From Bordetella parapertussis (lineage in GTDB: Bacteria > Pseudomonadota > Gammaproteobacteria > Burkholderiales > SG8-41), in NCBI GenBank assembly GCA_945861275.1, contig CAMATZ010000013.1:2302-66301 (forward strand): a stretch of 64,000 bases of DNA, written 5' to 3'. Numbering within the stretch: position 1 is the stretch's first letter; every line of letters begins with the position of its first letter. Of the stretch, positions 37,828-48,122 are shown piece after piece. A program made the position numbers and the translations under genes. Below the pieces are notes generated by a model that worked only from the letters and a program-made list of their open reading frames with translations, did no database searches and was not told the origin of the DNA.

Positions 37828-39045
37828 ATGGCAACGACAAAAGACAGGCGCGCCTACTGGATACTGGTGCTGTGCGCTTCGGCCATACTGATGATTACCA
37901 TGGGCGTGCGCCAGTCGCTCGGCCTGTTTGTATCGCCGCTCAATACTTCCACCGGGCTGGGTATCGTGACCATCAGTTTCGCGCTGGCGGTGGGGCAGTT
38001 TGTATGGGGCGCGGCGCAACCGATTTTCGGCGCGCTGCTGGATCGTGCGGGCACCGTGCGCATTATCGTCAGCGGCGCATTGATGATGGCGGTGGGGCTG
38101 GCGGCTACGCCGTTCATGGACAGCGGCTTTGGCCTGGTGCTGATGCTGGGTATTTTGACCGCGGCGGGCGCGGGTGCGGGCAGCTTCTCGATACTCATAG
38201 GCTCCGCGGCGCAGCGGCTGCCGGTGGAGCGCCGCGCGTTTGCGTCGGGCTTCATCAACGCCGGCGGCTCGTTCGGACAGTTTGTGTTTGCACCCTTGTC
38301 GCAGGCGGTGATCGCAGCATTCGGCTGGGTAACGGCGTTGTGGACATTGGCGGTAGCGTGCCTTGCGACGATACCGTTGGCATTCAAGCTGGGCAACAAG
38401 CCGCAGGCGGCGCCGGTGGCGGGCGCGCCTCTGGAAATCACGCTCAAGGCGCAAATCGGCGTCGCATTTCAGGATCGCAGCTACTGGTGTTTGCACGCCG
38501 GATTTTTCACCTGTGGATTTCACATCGCGTTTCTGGTGACGCATCTGCCGGGCGAAGTGGGGCTGTGCGGCTTGCCCGCAGCGGTGTCGGCAGGCGCATT
38601 GGCGGTCATCGGCATTGCCAATATCGCGGGCAGTCTCGGCGTGGGCTGGCTGGCGCAAAAGCATCGCATGAAAATGTTGTTGTTCTGGGTCTACGGCGCG
38701 CGCGCAGTGGCGGTGGCCTGTTATCTCGCCGCCCCGAAAACCGCGCTCACGTTCTATATTTTTGCCGCGGTGCTGGGGCTGACCTGGCTCGCGACGGTGC
38801 CGCCGACCGCCGGACTCGTGGGTAAACTTTTCGGCACGCGCTATCTAGCCACGCTGTTTGGTTTTACGCTGTTGTCGCACCAGATCGGCGGATTTTTCGG
38901 CGCATGGCTGGGCGGCCTTGCTGTCGACAGCACCGGCAACTATCAGTGGATGTGGTACGCCGATATTGCGTTAGCGGCTATGGCGGCATTGGTGAATCTG
39001 CCGATACGCGAGGGGCATCCGCGCGCGCTTGCAGCGGCTGCGTAA
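37828..39045 (+). CDS. MFS transporter
   Basis: About 12 TM segments; GVRQSLGLF, GFFTCGFH, WLATVPPT, HQIGGFFG. Confidence 0.9.
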   Translation: MATTKDRRAYWILVLCASAILMITMGVRQSLGLFVSPLNTSTGLGIVTISFALAVGQFVWGAAQPIFGALLDRAGTVRIIVSGALMMAVGLAATPFMDSGFGLVLMLGILTAAGAGAGSFSILIGSAAQRLPVERRAFASGFINAGGSFGQFVFAPLSQAVIAAFGWVTALWTLAVACLATIPLAFKLGNKPQAAPVAGAPLEITLKAQIGVAFQDRSYWCLHAGFFTCGFHIAFLVTHLPGEVGLCGLPAAVSAGALAVIGIANIAGSLGVGWLAQKHRMKMLLFWVYGARAVAVACYLAAPKTALTFYIFAAVLGLTWLATVPPTAGLVGKLFGTRYLATLFGFTLLSHQIGGFFGAWLGGLAVDSTGNYQWMWYADIALAAMAALVNLPIREGHPRALAAAA

Positions 39046-39151
39046 TATGACATAACTTATTGTTTTTAATTGTTTGTTTTAACTGACGTGCTGCGCACCC
39101 AATGCAGTGTTGCATACTATCGGGTACCTAAAACTGACCATTTCCCACACC

Positions 39152-39291
39152 CGTCATTCCGGTGAAAACCGGAATCCAGTACGTAAATCCGATCCGAAGG
39201 ATCCTGATTCGAGATGCTTCGCATAAAGATTGCCCGCCCCTAACCTACCTTCCCCCAAGGGAAGGGGATACCGGCTTGCGCCGGAATGACG
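39152..39291. repeat. CGTC-type REP doublet with shared core (MITE/REPIN-like)
   Basis: cgtcattccggtgaaaaccggaatcc...ggataccggcttgcgccggaatgacg; core 30/33 identical to 19616-19648. Confidence 0.82.
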
Positions 39292-39432
39292 AGGTTGGTG
39301 TTGACGCACGTGCGCTTGACGCCACGGTCTTAAATGTTCTACTAAGAGCGCAACGCTGCACTGGCGTCATGCAATTCACACATTGCGTCGCTAGACTCGG
39401 CGCTTGATCGAATGGTTAGCAAGGAGCCCCGC

Positions 39433-41046
39433 ATGTTTTCCCGCTTTCTAAAACATCTGAACGTTGATGACTTTGCCACCATCAATCGCCGCAGCGTGCT
39501 GCGCAGTCTCGGCGCAAGCGCGCTGCTGACCGCAACCGGCAGCCTGTTCTCGCGCGCCGTCTGGAGCAATCCGGTGTTTACGGGCTACCCATTTTCGCTC
39601 GGCGTTGCATCGGGCGACCCCGCGCCCGACGGCTTTGTACTGTGGACCAAGATCGCACCCAAGCCGCTGGAGCGCGGCAGCGGCATGCCGAAAAGTCCCG
39701 TTGAGGTCGAATGGGCAGTCGCCAGTGACGAGCGCATGCAAAAGACGGTGCAAAAGGGCAAGGCGGTTGCGCATCCCGAACAGGGGCACGCGGTGCATGT
39801 GGAGGTTGCAGGACTCGAACCTGCGCGCGATTATTTTTATCAATTCACCGTGGGCACTGAGCGCAGCGCCATTGGCAGCTCGCGCACTTTTCCGCGTGCA
39901 GGCGAGCCGTGGGCCCAACTGCGCTTCGCGGTTGCCGGTTGTCAGCGCTACGAGGCGGGTCTTTTCACCGCCTACCGTCGCATCGCCGCCGAGCGATTTG
40001 ATTTTGTTTTTCACTACGGCGATTACATTTACGAGTATGCGGCGCTGCGGCCGGGTGGAAAAACGCCGTGGCCGGTCATGCGCGTAATGCCCGATGAGCC
40101 GGGCGAGTGTTTTACGCTGGATGATTACCGTCATCGTTATGCGCTGTATCAGCTCGACGCCGATTTGCAGGCCGCGCACGCATCAGCGCCTTTCATCATG
40201 AGCTTCGACGATCACGAAGTCGTCAATGACTGGGCGGGCGAAACCACGGTCAAGCAGTTTCCGCGCGAACAGTTTCTGCGGCGGCGGGCAGCGGCATTCC
40301 AGGCGTGGTATGAACATCTGCCGCTGCGCCGCGCGCAGATGCCGCGCGGGCCCGACGTACTCGCCTACCGGCGGCTCATCATCGGTGATCTTCTGGACGT
40401 GAACGTGCTCGATACGCGCCAGTATCGTACGGGAACCTCCTGTGGCGCCAGGGTCATGGCGGACTGCGCCGATGCGCTGGACCCGTATCGCACCATGCTG
40501 GGCGAGACGCAGGAGCGCTGGCTGTACGAGAGTTTTCGCAAGCCCGCGCGCTGGACCCTGCTGGCGCAGCAGATTCCCATCATGCGTCAGGATCGCAACC
40601 CCGATCCCGGCATCTTCGGGCCCAGCATGGACAAGTGGGACGGCGCGGTGGCGGCGCGTGACCGGCTGTTTGCCGCGGTCGAGAGTGCCAGGCTGCGCAA
40701 TCTGGTGGTTGTCGACGGCGATGTGCATTTCAACTGCGCGGGTGAACTCAAAAAGGACTTCGCCGACGAAAAATCCGCCGCGCTGGGTGTGGAGTTTGTG
40801 ACGACCTCGATCTCGTCGCTCGGCGACGGCTACGACACCAACAAACGCCACCAGGCCCTGATGCAGCAAGACCCGCACATCAAGTTCTACAACGGCCAGC
40901 GCGGCTATGTGCGGCATGTGGTGACCCCGCAGCGCTGGCAGGCGGATTATCAGGTGCTCGACAAGGTGAGCGTGCCCGACGGGCGCATGAGCACGCGCAG
41001 AAGTTTTGTGATTGAGAATGGTGTGAGCCGGCTGGTGGATGCCTGA
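39433..41046 (+). CDS. phoD: Alkaline phosphatase D family protein, Tat-exported
   Basis: NRRSVL Tat motif, FSLGVASGDP, GDYIYE, DDHEVVND, LDTRQYR, GDVH. Confidence 0.9.
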   Translation: MFSRFLKHLNVDDFATINRRSVLRSLGASALLTATGSLFSRAVWSNPVFTGYPFSLGVASGDPAPDGFVLWTKIAPKPLERGSGMPKSPVEVEWAVASDERMQKTVQKGKAVAHPEQGHAVHVEVAGLEPARDYFYQFTVGTERSAIGSSRTFPRAGEPWAQLRFAVAGCQRYEAGLFTAYRRIAAERFDFVFHYGDYIYEYAALRPGGKTPWPVMRVMPDEPGECFTLDDYRHRYALYQLDADLQAAHASAPFIMSFDDHEVVNDWAGETTVKQFPREQFLRRRAAAFQAWYEHLPLRRAQMPRGPDVLAYRRLIIGDLLDVNVLDTRQYRTGTSCGARVMADCADALDPYRTMLGETQERWLYESFRKPARWTLLAQQIPIMRQDRNPDPGIFGPSMDKWDGAVAARDRLFAAVESARLRNLVVVDGDVHFNCAGELKKDFADEKSAALGVEFVTTSISSLGDGYDTNKRHQALMQQDPHIKFYNGQRGYVRHVVTPQRWQADYQVLDKVSVPDGRMSTRRSFVIENGVSRLVDA

Positions 41047-41136
41047 GCTATAATTCTTGCGGCATTGGTCTCGCCCCGCGGTATTGTGCAACGCGCGCTT
41101 ACGCCCTATTCCACTTGGAACCCTCAGGGAGGCATC

Positions 41137-42339
41137 TTGGACTTACGCTACACACCGGAAGAAATAACGTTTCGCGACGAGGTCAGGGCGTTTTTCCGCA
41201 CCGCGCTGCCCGCGCCCATCCGCCGCAAGATGGAATTGGGCCAGCGCCTGGCGAAAGAGGACATCGTAACCTGGCAGCGCATACTCAATGCCAAGGGCTG
41301 GGCGGTTCCGAGCTGGTCGCGCGAATGGGGCGGCACGGATTGGGGCCCGGTCAAGACCTATATTTTCAAGGAAGAGATGCAGCTTGCCCCGGCGCCGGAT
41401 ACTTTGGGCTTTAACGTCAGCATGATCGGCCCGGTGCTCATCGCCTTCGGCTCGGAGGCGCAAAAGCGCCACTTCCTGCCGCGCGTTGCTAACCTCGATT
41501 ACTGGTTCTGCCAGGGTTTCTCTGAGCCGGGCGCGGGTTCCGATCTTGCTTCGCTCAGGACTTCGGCACGGCTAGATGGTCACGAGTATGTTGTGAATGG
41601 GCAGAAGATATGGACCTCTCAGGCACACCGGGCGGACTGGATGTTTTGCCTGGTGCGCACCGGCACGAACCTGAAGCAGCAGAGCGGCATTTCCTATTTG
41701 CTGATCGATGTCAAAACGCCGGGCCTCACCATCCGTCCGATTCCCACCATCGATGGCGAGCATCACTTTAACGAAGTGTTTTTTGATAACGTGCGTGTGC
41801 CGGCCGAAAATATCGTCGGCGAAGAAAACAAGGGCTGGACCTATGCCAAATACCTGCTCGGCCACGAGCGTGTCGGCATCGCCCGCATCGGCGCCTCAAA
41901 ATTCCGCATACAGCGTGCCAAGGCGCTGGCCGAAAGCGTCTATGTAGGCGACATACCGCTGGCGCAAACCGAACGTTTCCGCGAAAAAGTTGCGGCGATT
42001 GAAGTTGAACTCAAGGCGCTGGAAATTACGCAGATGAGAGTCGTCGCCAACGCGCGCCATCTGCCGCCCGGCGCACCCGATCCCGCCTCGTCGATCCTCA
42101 AACTCAAAGGCACCGAGTTGCAGCAGGCCACCACGGAAATTCTGATGGAAGTGGCGGGCCCGTACGCGATGATTCGCCAGCCGGAACACCTGTGGGGCAC
42201 GGCCACCGAACCGCCGATAGGGCCGGAATGGGCGGCCACCAGCGCGGCAGATTATTTTTATACCCGCGCCGCGTCGATCTACGGCGGCTCCAACGAAATT
42301 CAGAAAAACGTCATCGCCAAACGCATACTCGGGCTGTAA
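41137..42339 (+). CDS. pimC: Acyl-CoA dehydrogenase, pimeloyl-CoA dehydrogenase large subunit-like
   Basis: TTG start after GGAGG; CQGFSEPGAGSDLASL, GWTYAKYLLGHER, SIYGGSNEIQKN. Confidence 0.78.
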   Translation: MDLRYTPEEITFRDEVRAFFRTALPAPIRRKMELGQRLAKEDIVTWQRILNAKGWAVPSWSREWGGTDWGPVKTYIFKEEMQLAPAPDTLGFNVSMIGPVLIAFGSEAQKRHFLPRVANLDYWFCQGFSEPGAGSDLASLRTSARLDGHEYVVNGQKIWTSQAHRADWMFCLVRTGTNLKQQSGISYLLIDVKTPGLTIRPIPTIDGEHHFNEVFFDNVRVPAENIVGEENKGWTYAKYLLGHERVGIARIGASKFRIQRAKALAESVYVGDIPLAQTERFREKVAAIEVELKALEITQMRVVANARHLPPGAPDPASSILKLKGTELQQATTEILMEVAGPYAMIRQPEHLWGTATEPPIGPEWAATSAADYFYTRAASIYGGSNEIQKNVIAKRILGL

Positions 42340-42370
42340 AACGCACCGCGGATAACACGGAACCACACCC

Positions 42371-43525
42371 ATGGACTTTGATTTCACCGACGAACAGCGC
42401 ATGCTTAAAGACAGCGTGGAGCAGCTGATTACCGATCGCTACGATTTTGAGCAACGCAAAAAATACCTGAAAGAGGAAGCCGGCTTCAGCCGCTCGCAAT
42501 GGGCGCAGTATGCCGAGATGGGCCTGCTGGGGATGCCGTTTGAAGAGCGCTTTGGCGGTGTCGGCGGCGGTGCGGTTGAAACCATGATCGTGATGGAATC
42601 CTTTGGCCGCGGTCTTGTGCTCGAGCCGTACCTCGCCACCGTGGTGCTGGGCGGTGGTCTGGTCAATCTCGGCGGCAACGACGCGCAGCGCGCGGCCATT
42701 CTGCCGCGCATCGCCGACGGCAGCCTGCTGCTGGCCTATGCGCATTCCGAAGCGCAGTCGCGCTATGACCTGGCGGATGTCGCCACCACCGCCAGGCGCG
42801 ACGCCGATGGCTGGATACTCGATGGCGAAAAAAGTTTTGTCGCGCACGGCAACTGCGCCGACACGCTGGTGGTTTCTGCGCGCATCTCGGGGCAGCGCAA
42901 CAGCCGCGACGGTATCGGCCTGTTTCTGGTGGATGCAAAAGCGCCGGGCGTATCGCGCAAAAGCTACGAAACCCAGGACGGGCTGCGCGCTGCCCAGATC
43001 ACGCTGTCGGGCGTAAAAGTCAGCTCCAATGACGCCATTGGCGACCCTGGCAAGGCGCTGCCACTGATCGAGCGCGTCGCCGACAACGCGCTGGCGGCAG
43101 TGGCGGCGGAAGCGGTGGGGGCGATGGCCGCGGCGCAGGAAATCACCATGGAATACCTGCGCACACGCAAGCAATTCGGCGTAGCCATCGGCAGTTTTCA
43201 GGCGTTGCAGCACCGCGCCGTGGATATACTGGTCAATCTGGAGCAGGCGCGCAGCATGGCGCTTTACGCCACCATGATGGTGAACGATCCCGATCCGGCG
43301 GAACGCAGCAAGGCCATATCCGCGGCCACGGTGCAGATACGCCGTTCCGGAAAGTTTATCGGACAGCAAGTGGTGCAGTTGCACGGCGGTATCGGCATGA
43401 CCCTCGAATACAAGATCGGCCACTATTTCAAGCGCCTCACCGCCATGGAGTCACTGCTGGGCGATACCGATCATCACCTCACGGCGCTGGCCCGTGCCGG
43501 CGGACTGATTGCCGCGAGCGCCTGA
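42371..43525 (+). CDS. pimD: Acyl-CoA dehydrogenase, pimeloyl-CoA dehydrogenase small subunit-like
   Basis: MDFDFTDEQRML, RKQFGVAIGSFQALQHR, QLHGGIGMT; tandem with the pimC-like gene. Confidence 0.78.
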   Translation: MDFDFTDEQRMLKDSVEQLITDRYDFEQRKKYLKEEAGFSRSQWAQYAEMGLLGMPFEERFGGVGGGAVETMIVMESFGRGLVLEPYLATVVLGGGLVNLGGNDAQRAAILPRIADGSLLLAYAHSEAQSRYDLADVATTARRDADGWILDGEKSFVAHGNCADTLVVSARISGQRNSRDGIGLFLVDAKAPGVSRKSYETQDGLRAAQITLSGVKVSSNDAIGDPGKALPLIERVADNALAAVAAEAVGAMAAAQEITMEYLRTRKQFGVAIGSFQALQHRAVDILVNLEQARSMALYATMMVNDPDPAERSKAISAATVQIRRSGKFIGQQVVQLHGGIGMTLEYKIGHYFKRLTAMESLLGDTDHHLTALARAGGLIAASA

Positions 43526-43571
43526 CACCCACGGCTCTAATTCAAATCCAAATCGCGAAAAACTTTCCTTA

Positions 43572-43681
43572 CTGTCGTTCCCGCGCAGGCGGGAACCCAT
43601 AACACAGTGGCATATGAGACACCGTATGGGTTCCCACTGCAGCCTGTCCTCGAATGATTTAATCGGGTGCGGGAATGACAG
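43572..43681. repeat. GTC-type REP doublet (REPIN-like)
   Basis: gtcgttcccgcgcaggcgggaacccataacacagtggcatatgagacaccgtatgg is a near-identical inverted copy of about 28925-28981. Confidence 0.82.
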
Positions 43682-43756
43682 GGTTTATTTTTATCCACAC
43701 CAAAGTCGGATAATCCAACTTACAATATTTGACAACCATCCACACTGCACGCAACC

Positions 43757-44638
43757 ATGAAATCAAGTGAATCCGTATTTCTCCGCGTGCGCGGGCTGAA
43801 TTACCACTGCCGCACCTGGGGATCGCAAGGCGCGCCCAGGCTGTTCATGCTGCACGGCTTTCAGGATGTCTCTGCGTCGTGGCAGTTCACGGTGGATGCA
43901 CTCAGCAACGACTGGCATGTGATCGCGCCCGACTGGCGTGGTTACGGTCTCACCGATTGGGGCGGGCAGGACACCTATTGGTATCCCGATTTCCTTGCCG
44001 ATCTCGATGCCATCCTCGATCATTTCGAACCCGATCAGCCGGCAGCACTCGTCGCACACAGCATGGGCGCCAGCGTGGCTGGGCTGTATACGGGCGCGAT
44101 GCCGAAACGGATACGCAAGCTGGTCAGTGTTGAGGGCTTCGGCGGGCCGCCCGCGACCGCGGAAGATGCGCCGCGCCGCTATGCCAAGTGGCTGCGGCAG
44201 ATTGTCAACGGCGAGCAGCAGCGTCCGTATGCGGATTTCGCGGATTTTGCCGAACGCATGATGGCGGAAAATCCGCGCCTGACGCCCGAGCGCGCGGTAT
44301 TCCTGGTGCAGCACTGGGGCAAGGAAGAGGCCGACGGCACGGTGGTGCGGCGTGCCGACCCTGCGCACAAAGTGGTGCGGCCCACGCCGTCACGCGCGGA
44401 TGAAACCATCGCCTGCTGGCGCCAGATCAGTGCACCGGTGCTGCTGATCGAGGGCGCCAACTCGCGCGCGGTGGCGGCGCAGCGCAGCCAGCCGGAAGAA
44501 TATCAGGAAAAGCTGGCGGCCTTTCAAACACTCGCCAGCGTTGAGCGCATCGCAGACGCAGGGCACAACATCCACCACGACCAGCCCGAAGCGCTGGCGA
44601 AAGTGATCGAGCCATTCCTGCTGGACGGCTTATCATAA
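43757..44638 (+). CDS. Alpha/beta fold hydrolase
   Basis: LHGFQD, APDWRGYG, AHSMGA nucleophile elbow, AGHNIHHDQP. Confidence 0.9.
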   Translation: MKSSESVFLRVRGLNYHCRTWGSQGAPRLFMLHGFQDVSASWQFTVDALSNDWHVIAPDWRGYGLTDWGGQDTYWYPDFLADLDAILDHFEPDQPAALVAHSMGASVAGLYTGAMPKRIRKLVSVEGFGGPPATAEDAPRRYAKWLRQIVNGEQQRPYADFADFAERMMAENPRLTPERAVFLVQHWGKEEADGTVVRRADPAHKVVRPTPSRADETIACWRQISAPVLLIEGANSRAVAAQRSQPEEYQEKLAAFQTLASVERIADAGHNIHHDQPEALAKVIEPFLLDGLS

Positions 44639-44641
44639 TAT

Positions 44642-44734
44642 GGGGTCAGACTCGATTTAAATTTCCTGCTTCCTATTTATTATAAAAAATACAATAAAAA
44701 CAAATAGTTACATATATAAATCGTGTCTGACCCC
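44642..44734. repeat. 93-bp MITE-like element with 18-bp terminal inverted repeats and AT-rich interior
   Basis: GGGGTCAGACTCGATTTA ... TAAATCGTGTCTGACCCC (17/18 complementary). Confidence 0.8.
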
Positions 44735-44751
44735 TTTTTAATGTTGAGGAA

Positions 44752-45750
44752 GTGAGCGCAGTGAACGCGCATCCCATTTCACCGCTGGGCGCGGTAAAGG
44801 TCGCCATCACCATGGACGACATGCTGATGTGGCGTGGCGCGCCGGTGCCGAAGAACTACAGTTCGCTCGGCATTGCCCGCGCCATGACGCAGGCGCTGAC
44901 GCACCATGGGGCGAGCGATGTATACGCGTTCTCCAATACCGCGCCGGCCGAGGACGACCCCGAGCTGCTGCGCGTGTTCGATCACTGGGTTGAACAGGGC
45001 CACCACGTGGCCAACCATACTCACCATCACGCCAGCATCAACTGGGTCGACGCCGCAACCTATATCGGCGACATCGAGCGCACCGAAGAAATCATCGGGC
45101 GCTGGGCGTCGCGGGCGCCGCGGCGCTACTTTCGCTACTGCAACGATATGTGGGGCGACACCGCGGAGAAGCAGGCTGCCGTTGGCGCCTATCTCGCGCA
45201 ACACGGCTATACGCCGGTGCCGGTGAGTGTGGGCTTTCGCGATTCCCGATTCCTGGCAGCCTACTGGCGCACTTTAAAGGCCGACGACCGCGAGGGCATC
45301 GCCTTTCTGCGGCGCGCGTTTGTCGACACCGCAATGCACGAACTGCGGCTGCATGCCGCCAACGGGCGCGCGGTCTACGGGCGCGATCCCGCGCATATCT
45401 GGCTCATCCACGGCACGCCGCTCGGCGGCGACTGCCTCGATGAAATCCTCGATCAATTCGAGGCGGCCGGCGTGCAGTTCATTTCTCTGGAGGAGGCGAT
45501 GGCCGATCCGATGAACGCATTGGTGCCGCCGCGCGTGTCGCCGGAGTTCATCCATCAGGTCGAGAAATGGGCCTTGGTGCACGGCGTGCCGGTGGACGAT
45601 CGCCCGCCGTCGATCCTCGAAGAGATCGAGCGGCTCAACCCGGCGCCGGGCGAAAGTGCCGCGGAAATCCGTGCCCTGCAGCAGGCCAGCATCGCCAGGC
45701 ATCTCGGCGCGCGGCCGGCGCCGTTCCCGATCGCAGCGATCCAACGTTAA
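44752..45750 (+). CDS. Polysaccharide deacetylase (CE4/NodB) family protein
   Basis: ITMDD, ANHTHHH, YFRY, WLIHG. Confidence 0.8.
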   Translation: MSAVNAHPISPLGAVKVAITMDDMLMWRGAPVPKNYSSLGIARAMTQALTHHGASDVYAFSNTAPAEDDPELLRVFDHWVEQGHHVANHTHHHASINWVDAATYIGDIERTEEIIGRWASRAPRRYFRYCNDMWGDTAEKQAAVGAYLAQHGYTPVPVSVGFRDSRFLAAYWRTLKADDREGIAFLRRAFVDTAMHELRLHAANGRAVYGRDPAHIWLIHGTPLGGDCLDEILDQFEAAGVQFISLEEAMADPMNALVPPRVSPEFIHQVEKWALVHGVPVDDRPPSILEEIERLNPAPGESAAEIRALQQASIARHLGARPAPFPIAAIQR

Positions 45751-45949
45751 TTTGCGGCGTTGCCGGCGGCCGAACCGCAAAAGAAAATCTACTCCGGTAC
45801 CATTGGCAATATTGGTAAAAAAGGGACTTTTAAGGTCGGATATACCGAGTGGCTATAGACAAGTTGGGTCTGTGCTACGTGGGAACTGCTGTAGTATGTA
45901 AGTAAGCGGTTCAAATCGAGGTTGACTGTAACCTAGAAGGAGAACGTAA

Positions 45950-46489
45950 ATGATCAAAGCCTCCGTTGTTGCAGCCCTTATCGGTTTTCCGCTATTCACC
46001 GCATGCGCCGGGCCGAGCTATCGAGATGCGAAGATCAGTGAATTTACCCAAGCCAACTATGCAGCGGTAGATAGGCTCGTGGCCTCCACGATAGTGTCCA
46101 TCGAGAAAGACGTGCCCTTGTTGGTGGCCACGATTGTTAACATCGACTCGCTGAATGAGTCTTCACGGCTTGGGCGCTTGATTTCCGAGCAGATATCCGC
46201 ACGGCTAGCCCAGAAGGGGTTCAGCGTTGTAGAGATGAAGTTGCGAAGTAATGTCTATATTCGCCAGGAGACAGGCGAACTGCTGTTGTCCCGAAATGTG
46301 CGCGATCTGTCACAAAACTACGATGCGCAGACGGTGATAGTTGGGAACTACGCGGTTGCCTCGGACTACGTGTATCTAACCTTGAAGGCAGTCACCGTTA
46401 CGGACAACCGAGTCATTGGCGCCGTCAATTACGAGCTGCCAATTACTGAGAACAACCGGGCAATGCTGCCACAGCCAAGACGGCAGTAA
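45950..46489 (+). CDS. FlgO-family outer-membrane lipoprotein
   Basis: Lipobox FTAC; LLVATIVNIDSLNESSRLGRLISEQ, GELLLSR; visibly lower GC. Confidence 0.75.
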   Translation: MIKASVVAALIGFPLFTACAGPSYRDAKISEFTQANYAAVDRLVASTIVSIEKDVPLLVATIVNIDSLNESSRLGRLISEQISARLAQKGFSVVEMKLRSNVYIRQETGELLLSRNVRDLSQNYDAQTVIVGNYAVASDYVYLTLKAVTVTDNRVIGAVNYELPITENNRAMLPQPRRQ

Positions 46490-46763
46490 GCGTGGATTGT
46501 CGTGACGGCGGTGTTGGGCGAACACTCAGAGCTATCGGTGTATTGTTCAGCCTTTCAGGCAAGATATCGTCCAGGGAATCCTTGTGCGCTAGGGTGAAGT
46601 GGTGCGCGGCCGGGCAGATGCGGTTGAACGATTGCGACCGGCGGCGATCAGTTTTTCAATGACCAAACTCATAGCCTGACCTGAGCAGCACGCGTACGGC
46701 TGGGCCTGTGAATGCCAGCACTTCAGTGTTTCGCTGCACATGTCAGCGCATAGGAGTCGATTG

Positions 46764-47714
46764 ATGACCGCCCAACAGCACTTCCTCGATGCCAGCGTTG
46801 TACATTACGAATGGAACAACGCGATTCCTGCGCGTCTTGAGATCAATGCGGGCGATAGCGTGGTCTTCGAGACGCGCGATGCGTCCGATGAATTTTATTC
46901 TCCGCACTCGACGCATGAAGACGTGATGCGGCGCGTGTTCAAGGGCCATCCGCTGACCGGCCCGGTGCGCATACGCGGCGCGCGGCCGGGCGACGTGCTT
47001 GCGGTGGAGATCATCGACGTGGCGCCGCGCGCTGCGTTCGGCTGGACCAATGTGCGGCCCGGGCGCGGGCTGTTGCCCGAGAGCGAATTCAGCCGGCCTT
47101 TTCTGCAGCTATGGGATGTGTCGGACGGCCGGTTCGCGCGCGGCATGCGCACCATGCGTGATATTGCGGTGCCGCTGGAGCCGTTTCCGGGCGTGATGGG
47201 CGTGGCACTCGACGACGCGGGCAGTCACAACACCGCGCCGCCGCGCAAGAATGGCGGCAACATGGACATCAAGCAGCTCACCGCCGGCGCCACGGTGTAT
47301 TTGCCGGTATGGGTGGACGGTGCGCTGTTCAGCATCGGTGACGCGCATGGCGCGCAGGGCGACGGCGAGGTGTGCATCACCGCGGTGGAGATGAACGCAC
47401 GCATCACGCTCAGGTTCGAGCTGCAGCCGGGCCGCAATCTGACCGAGCCGCAGTTGCGCACGAGCGGGCCCATCGCGCGCGCGACCGGCGGCCCGCACTA
47501 CGCCACCACCGCGCATGGACCGGACCTTTACCAGTGCGCGCGCCAGGCGGTGCGCCACATGATCGATCACCTGGTGCGCAACCACGGTCTGACGCGCGAG
47601 GAAGCCTACATACTGTGCAGCGTCGCCGTCGATCTCAAGGTGAGCGAAATCGTGGATGCGCCGAACTGGATCGTGTCGGCGTTTTTGCCGGAGAGGGTGT
47701 TTGACGGGAAGTAG
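46764..47714 (+). CDS. Acetamidase/formamidase family protein
   Basis: HPLTGP, PFPGVMGV, GGNMD, GDAHGAQGDGEVCITAVE. Confidence 0.9.
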   Translation: MTAQQHFLDASVVHYEWNNAIPARLEINAGDSVVFETRDASDEFYSPHSTHEDVMRRVFKGHPLTGPVRIRGARPGDVLAVEIIDVAPRAAFGWTNVRPGRGLLPESEFSRPFLQLWDVSDGRFARGMRTMRDIAVPLEPFPGVMGVALDDAGSHNTAPPRKNGGNMDIKQLTAGATVYLPVWVDGALFSIGDAHGAQGDGEVCITAVEMNARITLRFELQPGRNLTEPQLRTSGPIARATGGPHYATTAHGPDLYQCARQAVRHMIDHLVRNHGLTREEAYILCSVAVDLKVSEIVDAPNWIVSAFLPERVFDGK

Positions 47715-47754
47715 GGAAGCGCGAATTTCTCGTGCACTGCTTGTGCCACCACAT

Positions 47755-47945
47755 GTAGGTTGGGCTGAGCCTGCGAAGCCCAACACCACAGTGTTCGCCA
47801 TACACGCCAACTCAGTCATTCCTGCTCCCGACTAAAGCATTCGAGGGCCGGCTGCAGCGGGAACCCATGCGGTGGCGGCAATAGCGCGCGTGTTATGGAT
47901 TCCCGCCCCCGGATCGTAGTCCGGGGCAGGCTTCACGGGAACGAC
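47755..47945. repeat. GTAG-type REP (47755-47785) plus GTC-type doublet (47815-47945)
   Basis: gtaggttgggctgagcctgcgaagcccaac; gtcattcctgc...gggaacccat...atggattcccg...cgggaacgac. Confidence 0.75.
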
Positions 47946-48122
47946 AAAGGTGGGATTGTTAGCGTTTCGGTGTTGCCACGCGGATGCCCGGCCACCATGA
48001 GGTTCCACGCCGACGGGTAGCCTTCCTGATACGCGAGACCTTTGGCGACATGTGTCGCGGCATTGCAGCCACGAATAAGCGCGGTTGCGACCCACTGCAG
48101 GATCGTCTACGATCCAAACACC

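Noticed and set aside
46490-46740. Possible gene remnant on the minus strand (MSLVIEKLIAAG...)
   Set aside because: Short, interrupted, and not assignable without a database search.
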